This document shows, in pieces, positions 58,306-64,000 of a stretch of DNA of 64,000 bases. Where the stretch lies: IMG/VR virus record IMGVR_UViG_3300010151_000010, positions 14,778 through 78,777 of that record. The stretch is one strand, 5' to 3'. Source of the DNA: a virus (taxonomy: Duplodnaviria > Caudoviricetes). The first letter of the stretch is position 1, and every line of letters starts with the position of its first letter. The notes below the pieces were generated by a model. That model was given only the letters and a program-made list of their open reading frames with translations. It searched no databases and was not told the DNA's origin. Both the position numbers and the translations under genes were made by a program.

Positions 58306-58677
58306 TCATATGGTGGCATTAACTCGATTAACCTTCTCAATATAGGCATTCGTATAACTCAAAGCATCCGCAAGCATACCCCAATAATCATACCATCCAT
58401 CGCTCATCTCGCCCACGACATTTTCATACTCAATATGCATTTCCCTTATTTCTTTCTCAAGGTATTCTTGGGCCTGTTTTACAAGTGAATACATGAAGTC
58501 CTCATTATCCATGTCGCCCAAAGCAATTCTAAAAGGTTGCTCGGAAGCCTCCTTTAGTGCCTTTTCATGCTCTTTATTTATTTCGGTTATAATTTTTCGT
58601 TGTGCGTCAAGCATATCTTTTATTAGATTAGTGACTTCTTTTTCTTTTTCCATTTTTCTCACCTTTTCTTTTTCCAT
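58306..58677 (-). CDS. Hypothetical helical protein
   Basis: ORF track. Confidence 0.6.
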   Translation of the reverse strand: MEKEKVRKMEKEKEVTNLIKDMLDAQRKIITEINKEHEKALKEASEQPFRIALGDMDNEDFMYSLVKQAQEYLEKEIREMHIEYENVVGEMSDGWYDYWGMLADALSYTNAYIEKVNRVNATI

Positions 58678-58682
58678 TCTTA

Positions 58683-58799
58683 TTATTTCATGCCCGCGAA
58701 CTTAGGCATAAGTAATCCACAGTGCTTACACTTGTTAGCACCATCAGCATATACCTCTTGATGCCACTCAGTAGGCCAACAGTCGCACAGTTTTATCAT
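58683..58799 (-). CDS. Micro zinc-binding protein (38 aa, CDC...CKHC)
   Basis: Translated by hand, ATGA overlap with the ligase stop. Confidence 0.45.
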   Translation of the reverse strand: MIKLCDCWPTEWHQEVYADGANKCKHCGLLMPKFAGMK

Positions 58800-59920
58800 T
58801 CGTAATCCCTCACAGATATGCCCACAGGGAAGCGGGGGATGCCGTCGTCAGTTAATTCTTGATACTTAACCGTGAGCATCTTATTGATGTATGAATTACC
58901 ATTGTTAAACCACACCCTTCTTTGTTCGCGTGTGCCTTTCGGTCTGACGTTGAAGGTATGGCTCGCAGTGCTGCACTTCCATATCACACAGCCTGTTTCT
59001 CCACCCTCACCTTGAGTGAATCCTACTATCCTATACTCACCATCGAGGAAGGTCTTGACCTTCTGAAGGTTGGCTGACCTCTTACCCAGCGCATACGCGC
59101 CGTGATGATTCCTAACCATAGCACCCTCGTAGCCTTCTTCGATAAACTGTTTCTGCAACCTGTATATCTCATCCTCATTGTTAGCAGTGAAGTTCTCCAC
59201 AATCTCCCAACCCTTCGGCATGGCTGTTCTGATTCGCAACACATTAGTTCCAATTATATTTTGAGATAGTATATCCTTAATCAGACAAGCACGAGTCTTG
59301 AAGGGGGTATCGGCGCGCCCCGCATCGTAACAGTCATACACTCGTAGTTTGATTTGCTTCATCCTCTCAGCATCTCCTTCCTTCAAGGTTTCACGCTTAA
59401 CCATACCAACTATCTCTTGGAAGGTCATCGTGTCTGAGTATAGTTCTCCATCAAACACTATGGGACGATTGTTAATCTTCGGCACTACTTTATGTGTGTG
59501 TCTAAGGTGATTGAGATGAGGAAACTCTTTGCCCTTACGAGAGAGCAGCCTACCATCCGGCATGGCGAAGCATCGCACACCATCGAACTTCCTCTGCACT
59601 ATGCAAGGGAAGGAGATGTTGTGACTTCTTTTCTTATATGAGTGAGCCAACATTGGTAGCATCACTACATGAGTCAAGGCTTTATCGTAGTCGTTGAGAT
59701 ACCCGTCGTCTTTCTTCTTGTTGAGTTTAGCATTCAATTGGAACTTCGCTTGCTCGCTATCACTACGCCCCTGTTTGCCTGTGCATACTACACCAACAGT
59801 GGTGGTTAGTTTACCACTGACCTGTCCACTGCGTACATAGAAGGTGTTTCCTTCAGTCCACCCCTCCCATTGTACCATCTTTCCTGTACTTCCTTTCTTG
59901 TACCATATCCCTGTGTTCAT
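58796..59920 (-). CDS. lig: ATP-dependent DNA ligase (compact viral type)
   Basis: PMLA, KFDGVRC (motif I), FDGELY, EGAMVR, LQKVK, PRFP. Confidence 0.95.
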   Translation of the reverse strand: MNTGIWYKKGSTGKMVQWEGWTEGNTFYVRSGQVSGKLTTTVGVVCTGKQGRSDSEQAKFQLNAKLNKKKDDGYLNDYDKALTHVVMLPMLAHSYKKRSHNISFPCIVQRKFDGVRCFAMPDGRLLSRKGKEFPHLNHLRHTHKVVPKINNRPIVFDGELYSDTMTFQEIVGMVKRETLKEGDAERMKQIKLRVYDCYDAGRADTPFKTRACLIKDILSQNIIGTNVLRIRTAMPKGWEIVENFTANNEDEIYRLQKQFIEEGYEGAMVRNHHGAYALGKRSANLQKVKTFLDGEYRIVGFTQGEGGETGCVIWKCSTASHTFNVRPKGTREQRRVWFNNGNSYINKMLTVKYQELTDDGIPRFPVGISVRDYE

Positions 59921-62583
59921 TCTTCTTCCTCCTTCTTGTTGTGTGTCTTTGGTTTGCTACCCATGTGTTTCAACATATCAGCAGGTATTTCTCCGGCATC
60001 AATCATCGCTTTGAGCAGGGCAATCGCAATACCTGCTCTATCTTCTCCTATATCTCCGCCGTCGAGGACAGCAGAAGTCACGCGCCTCTTGTCCTCCACT
60101 ATCGCATCGAACTTCTCGTCTATCGTGCCTATGACTGATAGGTAAATCGCCCACACTGTGTCGTTGTCCTGTCCTATCCTGTTGATTCTATCTTCGGCTT
60201 GTTCTTCCCATCCGGGAACCCACTCGCGCTCGATGAATACTACCGTGTCTGCGGCAGTGAGAGTAAGCCCCTCCTTCGCCGCTATCGTGGAGCAAAGTAA
60301 TCCATCTAACATACCTGCTTGGAACTGTTCAACATACTGTTGCCGCTTAATTGATGGCGTGCCGCCCGCTATTACTCTCCATTTCTTGTGGTTGTATCTC
60401 TTGTCGTTAGTCATCATGTCTAACAAGCCAGCCCCTACATCTTTGTGATGATAGAATATGATGATTGGCTTGTCTTCATTCTGTGCCTTGTAGTCAGCCA
60501 CCCAATCAATAGTCGCACCTACCTTGAGTGTTCCCGCATGATGACGTAAGTCAGTCAGCATATTGAGAACGAAGCCAAGAGGGATTCTCCCTTCTGCTTT
60601 GTAGTGAGCGTAGTCAGTCATCCATGTTCTATGCGCTCGCTTGTATGCAGCCATCTCTTTCTGATTAGGAACAACGGGGATAAACTGTCGCACCTTGTCT
60701 GGTAGTTCAGCCAACACTTCCTTCTTGAGCCTACGAATCATACAGTCACGTAGTTTCTCATGTAGTTCTTCGATGTTGGTTGCGCCTGTAAAATCCCATC
60801 CCCATCTATTCTGTTCAGCACCACAGTATCTCTTTGCATACTGAAAGAAGTTCCCCTTGTATTCAGCAGGTCTAATCATTTCCAGCGTAGTGAATAGTTC
60901 AACAGGTCTGTTGGTAATGGCTGTGCCGCTTAGACACAGCACCGAGTCAGCACCGTCAGCCAACGATACGCAAGCCTGTGTCCTTTGTGCCTTTGAGTTC
61001 TTGAGATAGTGTGACTCATCGAAGATGATAAGGTTGGCTCCAAGTGAGTGAAGGTTATCCTGTTGTCGCTTCGCTAAGTCGTAGTTAATGATGGTGAAGG
61101 TTGCGCATTCTATGTCCTCCTTCCCTGTCTTCACTGCTTGAACGTCCACGTGTGGAAGCCAAGTCTGTATCTCCTTGAGCCAATTGTATTTTACATTCGC
61201 AGGGCATACTATAAGGACAGGCCATAGTTCCTCATGCAGTGCAGCATAAGCGAGGGCTTGGATTGTTTTACCTACACCCATGTCGTCACCGATTAGACAA
61301 CGACCATCTGCTAACTCAGCAAAGCGCACGCCTGCATATTGGAATGGATAGAGTGTGTAGCCGGTTGGAAATATCTTAGTCAGCCTACTCTCCATCTCCT
61401 TGACTACCTTATCGTCAGTGAGTGTAGCAGCACTGCTGATTGCTATGCGTTCAGCCTTACCCTTTAGGTAGTCAGTCAGTGCATCTATCCCTTCTAATTC
61501 AGTGAGCAGGGAGGCAGGGCTGTTGCTCCATTCACTTGCTTCCTTGAGTTTCTTGATGAGGACAGTGGCCTCGCTTATTGGAACAGTCCATTGTTTCATA
61601 TCGGGAACCCACTTACGCCCGTTGAGTCCTTTGACTATATTCCTACAAGTGGTATCGTTGTAAGGTAGTTTGAGGAATAAAGCATCGCCCCTCAAACGCA
61701 CTGCATACCCACTGCTGTTAGTCTTAGGTTCAGTAGTCTTGATTGATGCACCGACGGCATCGAGTTTGCTTGTGTCGTAGCCATACTTGGATAGTATAGA
61801 AGATACTTTCTCGATAACCATGCTGTCGAGTGAGCAAGACATGGTATAGTCTTGATACTTGAACGAAGGAAAAGGCACTGCCCCCTTGAGGTCATAGTAT
61901 AATTGGGTGTTGCGCCCCTTCCATACAAGTTTCAATCTCTTACTCTTACGTGGGTATCTTTGTTGGTAGTCATTCTTACTATACCACACCTCATCGTATT
62001 CCTCCACGTCAAGAGAGAAGCGTGACTTGTAGTTTTCTAATTTACTCAACCCACTCTCGTTAGCACCATCCACTAACTCATTGACTGACGCTACATCTAT
62101 ACCCATGTCTAAGAGTTCATTCTTCAAGGACTTCAGTTCGCTATCAGATAGAGGTGTGAAGTATGACTCGCAACCCTTCTGGGTAATGAGGTCATCCACA
62201 TAACCACTCACCTTCCGCTTACCCTTGTTTAGTTTCTTTGCATACTCTCGCTCTATCCTCTCACGCTCAAGCCTCTTCTCTTTCGCTTCCTCACCTATCT
62301 GATGTAGTCCATCTAATGCTCTCCCCCAATCAGTAGTGGGTGCGTAGCCCGCTATCTCCATAATCTCAGGCAATTGAGTGCCGATGTATTTGCGGAAGCG
62401 TTGGCTCATCTCGATGTAGTCTTCCTCATCCATCTCATCCTTAGCAGCCACTCGCTTGAAGAAGGGAGCGTCCGGTGCGTTAGGCCCAATGTCATCCTTG
62501 ATGTGAATGCTATTCACTTCGTGATGGATAGACACGAACGCCTTTACCATCCTCATCATGTCGTCTTTGTTTGGTGTAATCAT
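59917..62583 (-). CDS. SNF2-family helicase, SMARCAL1/HARP-like
   Basis: DDMGVGKT, DESH, LSGT, EGLTLTAA, QAEDRINRIGQ, and HARP-like 'LPYN...KGLNGRKW....WTVP'. Confidence 0.9.
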   Translation of the reverse strand: MITPNKDDMMRMVKAFVSIHHEVNSIHIKDDIGPNAPDAPFFKRVAAKDEMDEEDYIEMSQRFRKYIGTQLPEIMEIAGYAPTTDWGRALDGLHQIGEEAKEKRLERERIEREYAKKLNKGKRKVSGYVDDLITQKGCESYFTPLSDSELKSLKNELLDMGIDVASVNELVDGANESGLSKLENYKSRFSLDVEEYDEVWYSKNDYQQRYPRKSKRLKLVWKGRNTQLYYDLKGAVPFPSFKYQDYTMSCSLDSMVIEKVSSILSKYGYDTSKLDAVGASIKTTEPKTNSSGYAVRLRGDALFLKLPYNDTTCRNIVKGLNGRKWVPDMKQWTVPISEATVLIKKLKEASEWSNSPASLLTELEGIDALTDYLKGKAERIAISSAATLTDDKVVKEMESRLTKIFPTGYTLYPFQYAGVRFAELADGRCLIGDDMGVGKTIQALAYAALHEELWPVLIVCPANVKYNWLKEIQTWLPHVDVQAVKTGKEDIECATFTIINYDLAKRQQDNLHSLGANLIIFDESHYLKNSKAQRTQACVSLADGADSVLCLSGTAITNRPVELFTTLEMIRPAEYKGNFFQYAKRYCGAEQNRWGWDFTGATNIEELHEKLRDCMIRRLKKEVLAELPDKVRQFIPVVPNQKEMAAYKRAHRTWMTDYAHYKAEGRIPLGFVLNMLTDLRHHAGTLKVGATIDWVADYKAQNEDKPIIIFYHHKDVGAGLLDMMTNDKRYNHKKWRVIAGGTPSIKRQQYVEQFQAGMLDGLLCSTIAAKEGLTLTAADTVVFIEREWVPGWEEQAEDRINRIGQDNDTVWAIYLSVIGTIDEKFDAIVEDKRRVTSAVLDGGDIGEDRAGIAIALLKAMIDAGEIPADMLKHMGSKPKTHNKKEEEE

Positions 62584-62852
62584 TCTTCTTCATCTCCTAT
62601 TTCCCACGCCATCAAGCAGTTAGAACTCGATTCCCATCCATGTGTAGCCACTTGGTAATAGTGATGTAGTTCCTTAGCAAACACATCAGTCGCTTGCTCA
62701 TAAATCTCCATCGCTTCTTCAAGTGTATCTATATTGTATGCCTCATCCATAGCGCCGAGTGATTCGCTTTCATCCCATGCGGCTTGGTCTTCGGGTGCAT
62801 ACCACACTAACACAGCATACTCTGTTGCTTTCTCAGGTAGTGGGTCACTCAT
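62580..62852 (-). CDS. Acidic hypothetical protein
   Basis: Coupled ORF. Confidence 0.6.
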   Translation of the reverse strand: MSDPLPEKATEYAVLVWYAPEDQAAWDESESLGAMDEAYNIDTLEEAMEIYEQATDVFAKELHHYYQVATHGWESSSNCLMAWEIGDEEE

Positions 62853-63025
62853 TCTTCCTCGCCTCCTATCATCGTAGGTAAATCAATCCAGCCCCATCCT
62901 GAACGCCCACATTTACTACACGTAATCGTTATTTGGAACTGTTCGTATGGTTCATCCCAAAACATATCACTCATCTCCCAATGGTGGTCTTTGATACTCA
63001 CTACCTCAGTTCTGCAATCGCTCAT
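62849..63025 (-). CDS. Small protein (58 aa, CSKC)
   Basis: Translated by hand, coupled at both ends, GEEE end. Confidence 0.5.
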   Translation of the reverse strand: MSDCRTEVVSIKDHHWEMSDMFWDEPYEQFQITITCSKCGRSGWGWIDLPTMIGGEEE

Positions 63026-63303
63026 ACATACACCTCATCAATCAGCCACTCACCATCTTCAGGAGTGAGTGTGCCTTCACGAGTCAAGTGCATAACCATC
63101 CTTGCGCCTGCCCTTGCCTCCATCACTTGCCTTCGTAGCCCATCTATTTCCTCGCATAACCTTATGACTTCTCTCTCATGTTCTTCTTTGTAATCATCAA
63201 TGCGCGTCGCGGCTACCTCCAGCCTAAGCCTAAGCGCGCTGTTCTCTTTCTTCAATCTCCAATATCCATGCTTCCATTTGTTGTGTTCATCTGTTTCATT
63301 CAT
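63022..63303 (-). CDS. Coiled-coil hypothetical protein
   Basis: ORF track. Confidence 0.55.
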   Translation of the reverse strand: MNETDEHNKWKHGYWRLKKENSALRLRLEVAATRIDDYKEEHEREVIRLCEEIDGLRRQVMEARAGARMVMHLTREGTLTPEDGEWLIDEVYV

Positions 63304-63309
63304 TCTTCC

Positions 63310-63780
63310 TCACCTCTTCGCACAATTATCATCTTCAGTAATAGGGTGGTGTTCTCCGCAAATCCTACATTTACCCTCACCATCGTAGTAATCCACTACT
63401 TTATCATAGCATCTATGTCTGCAAACTTCTTTCATGCCGTTTGGTACTAGGTAATCGTCTGATGAAAAACCGTTACCATCAAGGGAAACTCTCGCCATTT
63501 GTGAATCATCGTGTTCATGGATATATAACCCCTCATTACCGCAGTAATCACAAGTTACAAAATCACATTTTTCACAAGACATTTCAGACCATGTATGTTC
63601 TTCCATCTCCTTCCCACACTCAGAACAGTATAGACAGGATTTGCAGTAATGTGCGAGATTACCGTCTTCATCTTTAACCTCAACTTCTTCACATCCAAGA
63701 GTATGACATTCATCAGGCTCTCTATTCATTAGTCTTATATTTTGGTCTATGGCCCACTGTGGTAGTTTTTCAGAGTTCAT
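63310..63780 (-). CDS. Multi-CxxC zinc-binding protein
   Basis: At least six CxxC/CxxxC motifs. Confidence 0.6.
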   Translation of the reverse strand: MNSEKLPQWAIDQNIRLMNREPDECHTLGCEEVEVKDEDGNLAHYCKSCLYCSECGKEMEEHTWSEMSCEKCDFVTCDYCGNEGLYIHEHDDSQMARVSLDGNGFSSDDYLVPNGMKEVCRHRCYDKVVDYYDGEGKCRICGEHHPITEDDNCAKR

Positions 63781-63974
63781 TCTTCCTCACCTCGATGGAC
63801 CCAGCCTAACGAGTCAGCATGTGGGTCATGGAGAGTCAGTTCCACCCATGACTCATCCTCATGGAATACATGGCAACACTCATGGGCCACGCTAGTCAAG
63901 CAACCATCTGCTAAGTGATACCACACGATGGGCGTATCTAATTCACAGTCCTCTTTCTCTATGAGAAGACGCAT
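63777..63974 (-). CDS. Hypothetical protein, possibly 5'-partial
   Basis: GEEE end coupled to the next gene, at the window edge. Confidence 0.45.
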   Translation of the reverse strand: MRLLIEKEDCELDTPIVWYHLADGCLTSVAHECCHVFHEDESWVELTLHDPHADSLGWVHRGEEE

Positions 63975-64000
63975 CGTGTCTATGACCTCACGAATGGTGA

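Noticed and set aside
21221-63677. Plus-strand ORFs in the right-hand two thirds (e.g. 22219-23022, 38685-39305)
   Set aside because: Fully antisense to well-supported, tightly coupled minus-strand genes
1-64000. tRNA or rRNA genes
   Set aside because: Almost no intergenic space and no cloverleaf or T-loop signature was recognised by eye; a tRNAscan-SE run would be needed to exclude them formally

Overview
About 64 kb of a large tailed dsDNA virus of an archaeon. The archaeal-type PolB, RFC, ERCC4 nuclease, PriS-PriL primase, group II chaperonin, TFB-like protein, GGTGA/GGAGG ribosome-binding sites and TATA-type promoters fit a Marine Group II (Poseidoniales) 'magrovirus'-like genome; that host assignment is inference. 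1-21164 (+) is a virion tail/fibre module that starts inside a giant >3360-aa ORF running off the left edge. 21165-64000 (-) holds a chaperonin, a replication/recombination module and a long accessory region of small, translationally coupled genes. The most notable items are: (i) a PEP-synthase/PPDK-like dikinase with an unrecognised C-terminal domain coupled to a Cys-based phosphatase behind its own promoter, (ii) seven identical 23-nt promoter elements plus a single-repeat TFB-like protein, (iii) a mosaic 'MIDxDKY' gene family with nucleotide-identical blocks and other duplicated gene-start sequences that suggest cassette shuffling, (iv) a P-loop ATPase split into two genes, (v) an apparently inactive DNA ligase alongside an intact one, and (vi) fibre genes with a possible head-to-tail docking architecture. 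No tRNA, rRNA, CRISPR array or integrase was seen. All product calls come from motif recognition by eye, without database searches.
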